Shown here piece after piece: positions 1 through 8,507 of a stretch of DNA of 55,615 bases. Within the stretch, counting starts at the first letter, position 1. Each line of letters begins with the position of its first letter. The notes below the pieces were generated by a model that worked only from the letters and a program-made list of their open reading frames with translations, did not search any database and was not told the DNA's origin. A program made the translations under genes and the position numbers. Source of the stretch: Salinarchaeum sp. (GTDB taxonomy: Archaea; Halobacteriota; Halobacteria; Halobacteriales; SKNY01); the NCBI GenBank assembly GCA_007123105.1, contig SKNY01000004.1, positions 1-55,615 of the forward strand, written 5' to 3'.

Positions 1-42
1 ATTCTCGATGCAATTTCTGGGAAGTGGTAATTAAATGTTTTT

Positions 43-67
43 ACGAACGTCCGAGCTGGACGTTCGT
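43..67. promoter_or_regulatory. Perfect 10-bp inverted repeat ACGAACGTCC-gagct-GGACGTTCGT, 38 nt upstream of ORF 106..375; candidate operator
   Basis: Arms 43-52 and 58-67 are exact reverse complements and sit in an AT-rich leader. Confidence 0.35.
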
Positions 68-105
68 GTAGCATTATCAATACCCCCATCTGCAAACTGG
101 AGGAC

Positions 106-375
106 ATGGAGGCCCTCAAACGGCTACCATCGACGGAATACGCTGGCAGAGACGAATCATTCGCGATACACAGCGGAAAGGCATGCACGCTCGATCGCGA
201 CTCGTGTGAAGTAGTCGGGGCACTTGCCTCGAAGGCCGTTCATCTCGTTACAACCCACGGTCTCACCCCCTTCACGGCCGTTGATATCGTCGTGAGTCAG
301 ACCGGATATCCGGACTTCCAGGAGGTACTCGGGGCGGTGCGGTCCGAGTTAACCGCTAAGGAGGCAACCGAATGA
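106..375 (+). CDS. Small hypothetical protein (89 aa), element-borne
   Basis: ORF with mildly acidic composition. Its stop overlaps the next start as ATGA (372-375). No family recognised. Confidence 0.35.
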   Translation: MEALKRLPSTEYAGRDESFAIHSGKACTLDRDSCEVVGALASKAVHLVTTHGLTPFTAVDIVVSQTGYPDFQEVLGAVRSELTAKEATE

Positions 376-683
376 TAGCTGGTGCACCTGAATACGGAGA
401 TCTCGATCGCGACCAGTTAACCCGGATTATTCGGCACTCCGAAAACTCGTGCGCCCGCGCGTACGCATGGATTCTCCTGCACGAGCTCATGGAGAAACCG
501 GATGTGCACGAACTCGAGATGGAACTCCGCTCACTCCGAGAGTTCCAACATGGACAGCAATACGAGGAGGCGCGTGATTCGACCGTCAGCAGGTCGAGCA
601 GGCGTTTTCATGCGGGCAATGCTCACGCTGCCCCAGCTCAACAACGGTCACCAATCAGCCGTCGCAGTTCCACCAATAAATGA
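372..683 (+). CDS. Small hypothetical protein (103 aa), element-borne
   Basis: ATGA coupling to the previous ORF. The N-terminal 60 aa look protein-like, but the C-terminal third is Arg/Ser-rich and may be out of frame. Confidence 0.25.
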   Translation: MIAGAPEYGDLDRDQLTRIIRHSENSCARAYAWILLHELMEKPDVHELEMELRSLREFQHGQQYEEARDSTVSRSSRRFHAGNAHAAPAQQRSPISRRSSTNK

Positions 684-1060
684 CGCTACGGACGAATTAC
701 CGATCAGACGCTGAGGAAGCAGTTGGGAACGTTACCGGACGCGAGAAAACACCGATGGTGCGTTTCCTCGAAACGGAGACTGTACGTTCGATCTTGTCGC
801 GATCCGAAAAGCACCGCCATCACACGAGATGGAGAAATCGGCGCCAAAATCGACCTCTACGTCGAGGACCCGTTGGGCTGGAAATGTGCACCTGGACGCC
901 TCGATTACTCATTCATCGGGGGCAGTCCCATTCCCGCGTTACGATGACTGGCCAAGGGAAGCCCCCAGCAACGAACCGCTGGTCTCAAAGCCTCCAATGG
1001 TCTCATGAGGCGGACCACGTATCGATGGTAGACCGCACTACAGCTTCTGGATGATCAGAG

Positions 1061-1198
1061 ATGGGGACAGCAGAAACAACAGCAAACGAATTGATGGAAG
1101 AGTTCGGCGACTGTATCGAAGAGTGCGAACAGGCTGACGATCCGATCTTGCGGGAGTTCGCCCGCGTCATTCGGGACGCCGCAATGGATTATTCCTAA
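1061..1198 (+). CDS. Small acidic hypothetical protein (45 aa; MGTAETTANELMEEFGDCIEECEQADDPILREFARVIRDAAMDYS)
   Basis: My own translation; below the ORF-track size cutoff. Composition is strongly acidic and haloarchaeal-like. It is convergent with int. Confidence 0.25.
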   Translation: MGTAETTANELMEEFGDCIEECEQADDPILREFARVIRDAAMDYS

Positions 1199-1203
1199 TG
1201 AGG

Positions 1204-2562
1204 TTAGTCGAGCTCAATGCGGTCGGCAATCTGTTCGAGGGCTTCGGTTTGCAACGACGGATCGTCACGGATCCGACGTCGCATGTCGGCATATTTGCCC
1301 GCTTTTTCGCCCGACGATTCCGCGATCATCTCGATCAACGCATCATCGAGCGCCCGTGCCATGTCGTCCATGCGGGTGTCGTCCCACGGCGTATCTCCGG
1401 GGGATTCCCCACATTCAGGACACTCATCCAACCCCGGTATCAGCACTCGATGGCACCGCCGACACGTCGTGTCCCACGGCGGCGGTCCGTCGGAGTCACC
1501 GACAGGTGCACCGTCTGCCCCGAGCGCCGCGTGCCCGCGTTGGTTTCGCTCGCCCGGGGAGATATGAGAATACGTCGTTTGCATGACGTTCGATCCCTTT
1601 TCGTGGCCGATGAAGAACTTGATGTCGTCATCGGTGATGTCGGGATGTCGCCGACACTGGGTGACGAAGTTGTGCCGAAGCATGTGGGGATGACACGGTT
1701 TGTGGACACTCGCGACGTCGGTTCGCTCGTGCGTTTTCGCTTTCAACTTCCGCATCACCTGTTCGATCGTCTCGGACGTGAGGGGGCTAGTCGGGTCTTT
1801 TCGGGTCCAGGACGGCTTGTGCGTAACGAAGTAATGGTCGGGGTCGTTCGTCGGATGCCGGTCCAACCACTCCCGAACGGCACGATAGGCCTGAAACAAT
1901 GGTCGTGGTTCCTTGGGCTCGGAGATGTTTTTCAACCCTGCTGCCGCCGCGTTGAAATAGAATTCGTGGTTGTCGAGGTCGATGTCTTTGACGCGGAGCG
2001 TCCTGATTGCCGTATTGCGAAGCCCGCAGTACAGGGCCAGATCAACGATCACGCGATCCCGGGGGTGATCAGCGACGGCGCGGAGTGCAGCTCGTTCTTC
2101 GGGCTCAAGCATATCTCTTGGCCCCCATCCATCACCGTTTTTGATCTCGTGTTTGATAATGTCTCGAGGGTCGATTCCGAGATCCGTGTGGAACCGGTAG
2201 AACTTCGAGAGCGCATACTCGACTGCCCGCAGCTGATAGCGGCCGGGACCGTCGGCGTCTTTGAGTTGCTCTGTCGTCCATCGGTTGATCGTTTGGGCAT
2301 CGCAATCAATGAGCGAGAACGCTTTCCCGGCTACAAGCAGGCGTTCGATCCATGCTGCCAACGTCGTATCTGTGACGAATTTACTCGTTCGACCATCATC
2401 GTAGATATTTCGAGGGAGCTGTTCGGTCGCATCCTCCTCGTCAAACGCCGAGCACAACGTTCGGATGCGATCGGCGTCCGCAGGAGCGATGTGGCCGTCA
2501 GCGACCGCAGATTGCAGCGATTCCTTCGCCGTTTGGTATCGAGCTGCGCCCGTCTTCGGCAT
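1204..2562 (-). CDS. Tyrosine recombinase / phage-type integrase with a C-terminal zinc-ribbon extension
   Basis: Catalytic signature read in the translation: LYCGLRNTAIRTL (Arg), HPHMLRHNF (His-x-x-Arg), GHEKGS (His), TTYSHI (Tyr). After the Tyr comes CRRCHRVLIPGLDECPECG. Confidence 0.9.
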   Translation of the reverse strand: MPKTGAARYQTAKESLQSAVADGHIAPADADRIRTLCSAFDEEDATEQLPRNIYDDGRTSKFVTDTTLAAWIERLLVAGKAFSLIDCDAQTINRWTTEQLKDADGPGRYQLRAVEYALSKFYRFHTDLGIDPRDIIKHEIKNGDGWGPRDMLEPEERAALRAVADHPRDRVIVDLALYCGLRNTAIRTLRVKDIDLDNHEFYFNAAAAGLKNISEPKEPRPLFQAYRAVREWLDRHPTNDPDHYFVTHKPSWTRKDPTSPLTSETIEQVMRKLKAKTHERTDVASVHKPCHPHMLRHNFVTQCRRHPDITDDDIKFFIGHEKGSNVMQTTYSHISPGERNQRGHAALGADGAPVGDSDGPPPWDTTCRRCHRVLIPGLDECPECGESPGDTPWDDTRMDDMARALDDALIEMIAESSGEKAGKYADMRRRIRDDPSLQTEALEQIADRIELD

Positions 2563-4027
2563 GAAAGTCCCATTGGAAAGACCATACCAAATAACTACTT
2601 ATTCCAGATTCCAATTCGACTAACGAGACGTTATTCCAGTTCATACTTCCAACGACGACGGCCTCCTCATCGACGACCATTCCTTTCGTGTGGATCTTCT
2701 CGAACCGATCTGTGGGTTCGACTAGCCGAACCTCTACCGGGAGATCGTCCGTTGAAGCCCGTTCCTCAATTGCCGCGGCAACGGCCCGGTTCTCCTCGGC
2801 GACATACCATGACGCGTCGAGTTGAATCCGGACGGACACGCCTCGCTCGGCGGCCGAAACGAGTGCGTCTAGCAGCGGAAAGTCAGGGTCGGCGATGCGC
2901 ACCTGCTGGACGTCGATCGACTCGTCGGCACCCGCGATGAGCTCTCGGAATCGGGGTTCTGCGGCGTCGGGTGCCACGACCAACTCGGCCGACTCGACCA
3001 CAACGGGGACCGACTGATGGTGAGCGGTGAACGTCCGGTTCGGCGCTCCACCTGCTACGCCGTCTGCGTCAAGTCGCGCCCGCTCCCAGGCCACGCTATC
3101 CCGCCAGGTCGCGTCGGCGTGAAACACGGCCGCCAGCTCGTCGCTGAACGACCGGTCAGCCACAACGACCCCCCAACCACGACTCGATGCACCGCCGGTC
3201 CCGGCGCGCTTCCAGTTCTCGCTCATGACGATCGCCCGGTCGTCAGCGACTGCGTACTTCGGATGATGAAATCGGAACCGGTCTCGGCTGCCCGCGAGCA
3301 CCCGAACAGAAACGTCCGCCTCAATGAGCCGATCGAGTGCCTCGATCTCGGTCGTCGTTTGTCCGCCAACCGGTTGCCCGTCGACGAGTACCCGGACGTC
3401 GACGCCGGCGTCGGCCCGCTCGACCAGCAGCGCTACGACTGCTGGATCGGTAAGTTCGTAACCGGCAACCAAGAGCCGCTCATCAGCCGATGCGAGGAAC
3501 GCGTCCGGCGTGGCCGCCCCATCTGGGAAGACGAACGCCTCGACCGTTCCGACGTCAGCCGCAGTCGGTTCGAGGTCCGTTTGACCGGGCGTCCGGGGGA
3601 CCATCCCGTCGCCGTTTCGGTGCCATCGCACGCCATCAGGGGTAGCGCCATAGGAAACGGCATCGAGTCGCGTTCCCGATCCATCGCGCACCACGAGCCG
3701 ATCGCCGTCCGCTGCCGGTCTGAACTGCCCATCCAGGCCGAGGACCGGCTCGTCCACTAACAACTCGGTGAGGCTCGGTCGGGCACTCACTGCCACCCGG
3801 CCGTCAATGGTAACGTTCGGTAGCGTTGCAACATGGTGGTCGTCTTCGACCGTCCAACCGGAGACGTTCGTCTCCGAAGGGACATCGAGGACCAGGAACT
3901 CGCCTTCGTTGTCCGCCGGCACCGGGTTCGGCGCGACCTCCGCGATCGTGACGTCCACCGCTGTGACCACGCCCGCGCTACTCCCGAGTGCGAGCAGTAC
4001 GATCGTCGCCACCAACCTCAGTCGCAC
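2498..4027 (-). CDS. Secreted PLD-superfamily protein (two HKD motifs) with an N-terminal lamin-tail domain; 3' end probably disrupted
   Basis: Signal peptide MRLRLVATIVLLALGSSAGVVTA. LTD-like IAEVAPNPVPADNEGEFLVLD. HKD motifs are HHPKYAVADDRAIVMSENW and IHTKGMVVDEEAVVVGSMNWNN. The tail after about nt 2625 is non-homologous and overlaps int. Confidence 0.75.
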   Translation of the reverse strand: MRLRLVATIVLLALGSSAGVVTAVDVTIAEVAPNPVPADNEGEFLVLDVPSETNVSGWTVEDDHHVATLPNVTIDGRVAVSARPSLTELLVDEPVLGLDGQFRPAADGDRLVVRDGSGTRLDAVSYGATPDGVRWHRNGDGMVPRTPGQTDLEPTAADVGTVEAFVFPDGAATPDAFLASADERLLVAGYELTDPAVVALLVERADAGVDVRVLVDGQPVGGQTTTEIEALDRLIEADVSVRVLAGSRDRFRFHHPKYAVADDRAIVMSENWKRAGTGGASSRGWGVVVADRSFSDELAAVFHADATWRDSVAWERARLDADGVAGGAPNRTFTAHHQSVPVVVESAELVVAPDAAEPRFRELIAGADESIDVQQVRIADPDFPLLDALVSAAERGVSVRIQLDASWYVAEENRAVAAAIEERASTDDLPVEVRLVEPTDRFEKIHTKGMVVDEEAVVVGSMNWNNVSLVELESGISSYLVWSFQWDFHAEDGRSSIPNGEGIAAICGR

Positions 4028-4064
4028 ACCCCCCGCTGGCCCCGGCTTAGCGGAAAAGGTCTCG

Positions 4065-5312
4065 CTAGTCCGCAGAGGACGGGGCGACCTTCATTACCTC
4101 GGCCTCGACGAGATATTCGCCGTCCCGGCGATACGCATCCAGCACGTCGTATGCGTCGTTCGTCCCGATCTCGACCAGTGCCCAGGCGGCACTCCCTCGA
4201 ACCTCCGGCGCCTCGTCTTCTGCCAGCACCGTCTCGAGCGGCGCAACGGCCCGGGGATCACCGATCATCCCCAGTGCGCGGGCTGCGGCACTCCGGACGG
4301 TCGGCTCCTCGGCGACGAGCTGCTGGGCCACGTCCTCGGTCGCCTCAGTGCTGCCGATTTCGCCGATCGCCCGGAGCGAGACCTGCTGAAGTTGTGGGTC
4401 GCTCGGCGTATCTACGTAATCGAGGAGCATGTCGACGGGTTCGGCGTCCCCGATTGCGCCGAGGACGCCGATTGCCCCGTGGTCCCGGCGGCGGGCCAGC
4501 GCCAGCATGTCGTCGAGGGCCCGTTCGTCGCCCAACCGCCGGAGGGCGTCAACGCAGTGTTCCTCCATAAAATTTGAGTCGAGCAGGTCAAACGCGAGCA
4601 GGATCATCTCCACGTTGCGCTCCTCCTCGTGGGCTTTGATTGCACTCCACTCCGGCGGGAAGTCCTTGTAGTGGCCAAGCACGTCAAAGAATCCGCGGCG
4701 GTTGAGCTGTTCGCGCACCGGTAAATCCCCGAACGCGGTGGCGTCGTCGACGCCGGTCTCGAGTGCGTCGGTCGCCTCCAGGAGGGCAGCGATCACGTCG
4801 GCGTCATCATCGGGATCGAGCGCCGCCGCCTCGACGGCGGCTTCGGTCGCCTGGAGGACGGCCACGTAGCTCTCGACGTCCATCGGTTCCTCGATCTCGA
4901 TCGATTCTCCCAATGCATCCTCGACGGCCGCATGGACATCCGTGATGACCGGGCGGAGCTCCTCGACGCCTTCGCTTGCCCATTCAGTCCGCTCGACCGT
5001 GCCGGCCACACTGCCGATCGTCTGGGTCACGTCCTCTGCGTACGGCCCGCGTTTGTCGTCCGCATCCGCCTGGAGCTCGTCGATACGCTCTTCGAGTTCT
5101 TCGGCCGGATCCGGTGGTTCGTCGTCCTCTTCGTCTTCGGGGGGTTCTGGTTCGGGAAAGGTGGCCGCCTCGACCGCCTCGGCGATTTCCGCGAGGTCGG
5201 CATCGATGTCGTCGAGATCGTCCTCGGTCGCAGCGGTCTCGATCGCCTCCGCCACGCCGTCCAGCCGGTCGTGGAACTCCGCTGGGTCGTCCGGCGCGTC
5301 GGCATCGCTCAT
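4065..5312 (-). CDS. HEAT-repeat protein with a very acidic N-terminal half
   Basis: The C-terminal half has PBS-lyase/HEAT-like repeats (DALRRLGDERALD, AIGVLGAIGDAEPVD, RALGMIGDPRAVAPL, VRGSAAWALVEIG). Confidence 0.75.
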   Translation of the reverse strand: MSDADAPDDPAEFHDRLDGVAEAIETAATEDDLDDIDADLAEIAEAVEAATFPEPEPPEDEEDDEPPDPAEELEERIDELQADADDKRGPYAEDVTQTIGSVAGTVERTEWASEGVEELRPVITDVHAAVEDALGESIEIEEPMDVESYVAVLQATEAAVEAAALDPDDDADVIAALLEATDALETGVDDATAFGDLPVREQLNRRGFFDVLGHYKDFPPEWSAIKAHEEERNVEMILLAFDLLDSNFMEEHCVDALRRLGDERALDDMLALARRRDHGAIGVLGAIGDAEPVDMLLDYVDTPSDPQLQQVSLRAIGEIGSTEATEDVAQQLVAEEPTVRSAAARALGMIGDPRAVAPLETVLAEDEAPEVRGSAAWALVEIGTNDAYDVLDAYRRDGEYLVEAEVMKVAPSSAD

Positions 5313-5318
5313 ATCCGG

Positions 5319-6083
5319 TTACTCCTCGGGATCACCCTTTGAGCGTTTTCCTTTCGGCGGGGCCCGGAGCCGTCGTTCGGTCTCACCCCAGTAAAAACGT
5401 GGACCCAACAGCAGATAGGCGATGGCCAGCGTCAACAGCGCGTATGGGAACACCCGACCATAGGCCATCGGCATGGCCACCGCGAGTACGTGAATGACGC
5501 CCATGATCATTGCATCCCGCGCGAGCAGGTCGGGATAGATGACCGGTGAGACCATCGCACCCGCCAGGATCGCCATCCCACCGAGGAGTAGCTCGGGCGT
5601 CCAGTGGACAGTGAGTAATGACACTGCGACGATCGTGGCCGCCAGCGTCGTGGGTGCACCGACAGTTCGACTAGCAGCGGTATCGTAGGCCGAATAGGCC
5701 CCGAGCCGAAGGACGGCAAGCGCGACGAACAATGCCGGTACTGCTACGACCAGCATCGCCTCGAGGCCGTCATGCCAGCCGAAGGCAGCCTCCTGGCTGG
5801 CACCGTACACGATGATGGCCGGCGCGATGGCAAACGATGGAACGTCCGCGAGCGAATCGAGATACGGACCCATGGCCGATCCGCCGAATGCCCGTGCCAG
5901 GACGCCGTCGATACCGTCGGCGACGGCAGCCAATAGTACCAGCCGCGCAGCAAGTTCCGGGTCCGTCGGCGCGACGGCCACCGCCAGAAAGCCGATCACG
6001 ACGTTTACCAGCGTCATGACGTCGGCCGGCGTTAGCTCGCCCACAAACCGGGACCGCATACCCAGAGACTGCCGAGCGGGCAT
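5319..6083 (-). CDS. CDP-alcohol phosphatidyltransferase (archaetidylserine-synthase-like)
   Basis: Motif DGIDGVLARAFGGSAMGPYLDSLAD matches D-x2-D-G-x2-A-R...G-x3-D-x3-D. The protein is multi-TM. An alternative start is at 6059. Confidence 0.8.
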   Translation of the reverse strand: MPARQSLGMRSRFVGELTPADVMTLVNVVIGFLAVAVAPTDPELAARLVLLAAVADGIDGVLARAFGGSAMGPYLDSLADVPSFAIAPAIIVYGASQEAAFGWHDGLEAMLVVAVPALFVALAVLRLGAYSAYDTAASRTVGAPTTLAATIVAVSLLTVHWTPELLLGGMAILAGAMVSPVIYPDLLARDAMIMGVIHVLAVAMPMAYGRVFPYALLTLAIAYLLLGPRFYWGETERRLRAPPKGKRSKGDPEE

Positions 6084-6150
6084 TTACCGGTTTTGATCCA
6101 GCCGATGGCAAATCCACGGAGCTAAATCCGGGTGATCCCGATGAATACCA

Positions 6151-6570
6151 ATGCGACGACGGGCGTTATTGGCTACTCTCGGCACGGTCGGGACAGCGGG
6201 TATGACCGGCTGTCTCATGGCGATCTCTGACGCCGGCGAGCCGTACGACATCGGGATGAGTGCTAACGCCTTTGAGCCATACCGCCTCGAGGTCTCGCCG
6301 GGGACGGAGGTCGTCTGGTCAAATGACGGTTCCCGGGCCCACACCGTGACCGCCTACGAAGGAGCGCTCCCCGACGGAGCGACCTTCTTCGCCACCGGTG
6401 ACTACGAGACCGAAACGGAAGCTCGGGAGGCGTGGCATGACCACCGCGGGGGTAACATCTACGCGGGTGAACGGTATTCCCACGTCTTCGAGGAGCCCGG
6501 CCGCTATCCGTACTTTTGTGTACCACACGAACCGGGCGGGATGCTCGGTGAAATTCTCGTCCGTAACTAG
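6151..6570 (+). CDS. Halocyanin / plastocyanin-like type-1 copper lipoprotein
   Basis: Tat motif plus lipobox MRRRALLATLGTVGTAGMTGC. Copper ligands are in HTV...YFCVPHEPGGMLGEI (Cys-x-x-His-x4-Met). Confidence 0.85.
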   Translation: MRRRALLATLGTVGTAGMTGCLMAISDAGEPYDIGMSANAFEPYRLEVSPGTEVVWSNDGSRAHTVTAYEGALPDGATFFATGDYETETEAREAWHDHRGGNIYAGERYSHVFEEPGRYPYFCVPHEPGGMLGEILVRN

Positions 6571-7214
6571 GCCGCTTCCTCGAGGTCAACGTCCGCTTCA
6601 TCAACGTCGACGCTCGTCTCCGCTTCTTCGGCGAGCTCCTCGGGTCGCGCGAGCAGCTCTGCCTTCTGGATCTCGATCCGTCGCAGCGGATAAATCGTCT
6701 TGGTTTCGGCGTAGATCGCACTCGACAACCGACCGTCGACAATACTGTCCATTAGGGCCTCGAAGGTACGATCGGCGGCTGCTTCCTGGACCATCTCGAC
6801 CATTGCTTGGCGGATGGCGACCTCTTGACTGTGATTTGCACGCTTCGTCGTGAGCGCGACGGGCTGGATCTTCACCCGGTGGTCGTCGGTGGTAACGACC
6901 GGGATATTCGCGTCGATCTTCGAGGCACCCCGCCGAACGAGACTTCGCATGTAATCGCGGGTGAGCTCGTGTTTAATGAGCTCAGTGTAGGCGGCGTCGC
7001 TACCGACGTCGGTGATTTTGAAGGTCAGCTTCGTGGTGTTCTCGCTGGCGTTGTCCGTAATCTCGCCGAGCGTCGTTTCGAGCGTGCGATCGAGAATCGT
7101 CGACGGATCGTTCGCCGGCGTTTTCCCAATCGGCACGCGGTCGAACTGCTCGGGTGCGTGGACGGTATACCATCGTTTCTCCTGGGATCGTCGTGAAACG
7201 GATCGTTCGCTCAT
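6567..7214 (-). CDS. rps3ae: 30S ribosomal protein S3Ae (S1e)
   Basis: N-terminus KRWYTVHAPEQFD and the overall length are typical of archaeal S3Ae, with an acidic C-terminal tail. Confidence 0.9.
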   Translation of the reverse strand: MSERSVSRRSQEKRWYTVHAPEQFDRVPIGKTPANDPSTILDRTLETTLGEITDNASENTTKLTFKITDVGSDAAYTELIKHELTRDYMRSLVRRGASKIDANIPVVTTDDHRVKIQPVALTTKRANHSQEVAIRQAMVEMVQEAAADRTFEALMDSIVDGRLSSAIYAETKTIYPLRRIEIQKAELLARPEELAEEAETSVDVDEADVDLEEAA

Positions 7215-7450
7215 GTCTGGGTTTCGTGATTATAAGTCGTCATGGTGGTCTGGGTGCGGTCAGCGACGCGGAGGTTGACGAGGTAATCGTCGACCGTCGC
7301 CCGAAGGCCGCCGGACGTCGGTCGTTCGACAACCGTGATCATCTCATCGTCCGCGACGGTGGTCTGCATCGATTCGGTGTGGTCCGGGTCGAGTGCCGCG
7401 GCCAGCATCGCCGGATCGTCGTGGCGAGTTCGAATTGTCGCTCGCATCAC
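7211..7450 (-). CDS. KEOPS Pcc1-like small protein
   Basis: 79 aa, in the position between the RecJ-like gene and rps3ae. Its stop overlaps the rps3ae ATG (ATGA at 7211-7214). The ATG at 7447 overlaps the upstream stop. Family assignment is from memory of the CTAG/Pcc1 pattern. Confidence 0.55.
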   Translation of the reverse strand: MMRATIRTRHDDPAMLAAALDPDHTESMQTTVADDEMITVVERPTSGGLRATVDDYLVNLRVADRTQTTMTTYNHETQT

Positions 7451-8502
7451 CGGTCGCCCCCTGAGAGGTATTCCACCGGTGATTCGTCGGCAGGCCAGTT
7501 TGCGATCGTCACGCGACCGTCCCCGTGATCGGTTACGCGACGATCGGGGCCAGCGAGCATTCCACCGACATCGGTATCCCCCGGATCTGGGCTCGCGACC
7601 GAGATCCGAGTTCCGTTGCGGACGATAATCGGTTTGTCGGGCGCCGTGACCGTTCGGATCAACCGAGCGGTGGCGCCGACAGGGGCGAGGTCGCCATCCA
7701 GTTCGATTTCACCGGTCGTCGTAGCTGCGTGCTCGACGGCGGCATGGACGGCTGCGCTGTGGGTATGCCACCGCTTGAGGGCCCGATCGGCGATGGCGTC
7801 GTGTCCGCAGGCGAGCGCAATTGCCAGACCGGGATCAACGTCGACCAGTACGTCGAGGACGTCCGCGGTCCCCGCGGTGGTCGCGAACGGCCCGTCTGGC
7901 GTCGGTCGAGCACGCAGAAAGGTCTCAATCGCGTCCGCCAGTGGTGGGCTAGTCGTCCCGGCGCACAACGTGTCGATCGTGACCGCCGTGGCCACGTCTC
8001 GGCCGGTACCGCGTGCGAGCAGCCGCCCGGCGGACTCCGGATCGGACGAGAAGGGGCCGTGAACCAGCGTTGCATCGGCCAACCCCGTCGGATCGTCTGG
8101 CGTGGGGACGCCGATCACACTGGGTGTCTCATCTGCCGGCTGCGGTGCCGAAAACGTCTTGCCGACCGACGACCACCCGGCAACGCCGTGATCGCCGAGG
8201 GCGTCGAGAATTGCGACGGCCTCAGTGGTTGCCGATCCGGGGGATAGCACGACATCGGCGCTCGGACTGTTACATCCAACCGCCACGTGGGTCGTGCCAC
8301 CCGGGACCGCGTCGGTTCGCCGAGTAACCTGGAACGGGACATCCCGACGGACAAGGCTCGCAAGAAGCAGTCGAGTCGCGGCGAGTGCATCGACGGAGAG
8401 TGTCGGGACGAGTTGGACGAATGACGCAGTCACCAGCCGCTCAGTCACGGCGTTTGCGTCGGCGTTCGTTCGGTCCCCGGTCTCCCCGTCCAGCACGGCC
8501 AT
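7447..8502 (-). CDS. RecJ/Cdc45-like protein without a recognisable DHH catalytic motif
   Basis: 351-aa Ala/Asp-rich ORF inside the rps15...rps3ae operon. No DHH tripeptide is present. The call is based on the conserved archaeal gene neighbourhood as I recall it. Confidence 0.5.
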   Translation of the reverse strand: MAVLDGETGDRTNADANAVTERLVTASFVQLVPTLSVDALAATRLLLASLVRRDVPFQVTRRTDAVPGGTTHVAVGCNSPSADVVLSPGSATTEAVAILDALGDHGVAGWSSVGKTFSAPQPADETPSVIGVPTPDDPTGLADATLVHGPFSSDPESAGRLLARGTGRDVATAVTIDTLCAGTTSPPLADAIETFLRARPTPDGPFATTAGTADVLDVLVDVDPGLAIALACGHDAIADRALKRWHTHSAAVHAAVEHAATTTGEIELDGDLAPVGATARLIRTVTAPDKPIIVRNGTRISVASPDPGDTDVGGMLAGPDRRVTDHGDGRVTIANWPADESPVEYLSGGDR

Positions 8503-8507
8503 TCCGA

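Larger units (their letters stand above)
1..2625. mobile_element. Right-hand part of a putative integrated element/provirus, truncated by the left window edge and ending at an integrase gene
   Basis: Tyrosine integrase at 1204..2562. Small coupled ORFs lie to its left. An AT-rich junction at 2563-2625 coincides with loss of homology in the neighbouring PLD ORF. Confidence 0.45.

Noticed and set aside
680-1054. ORFs 680..1054 and 723..947 in the element
   Set aside because: They overlap each other in different frames. One is strongly Arg/His-rich, and neither has a convincing composition throughout. A real gene with a frameshift is possible, but I cannot decide which frame is real.
1198-2940. 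A 580-aa plus-strand ORF, the longest in this part of the window
   Set aside because: It runs antisense to the well-supported integrase, is extremely Arg-rich and non-acidic, and has no motifs. This is a typical shadow ORF of high-GC DNA. The same reasoning applies to 3017..3760, 17186..17971, 21898..22980, 27502..28308, 33042..33836, 38344..39435, 40984..41817 and 49344..50297.
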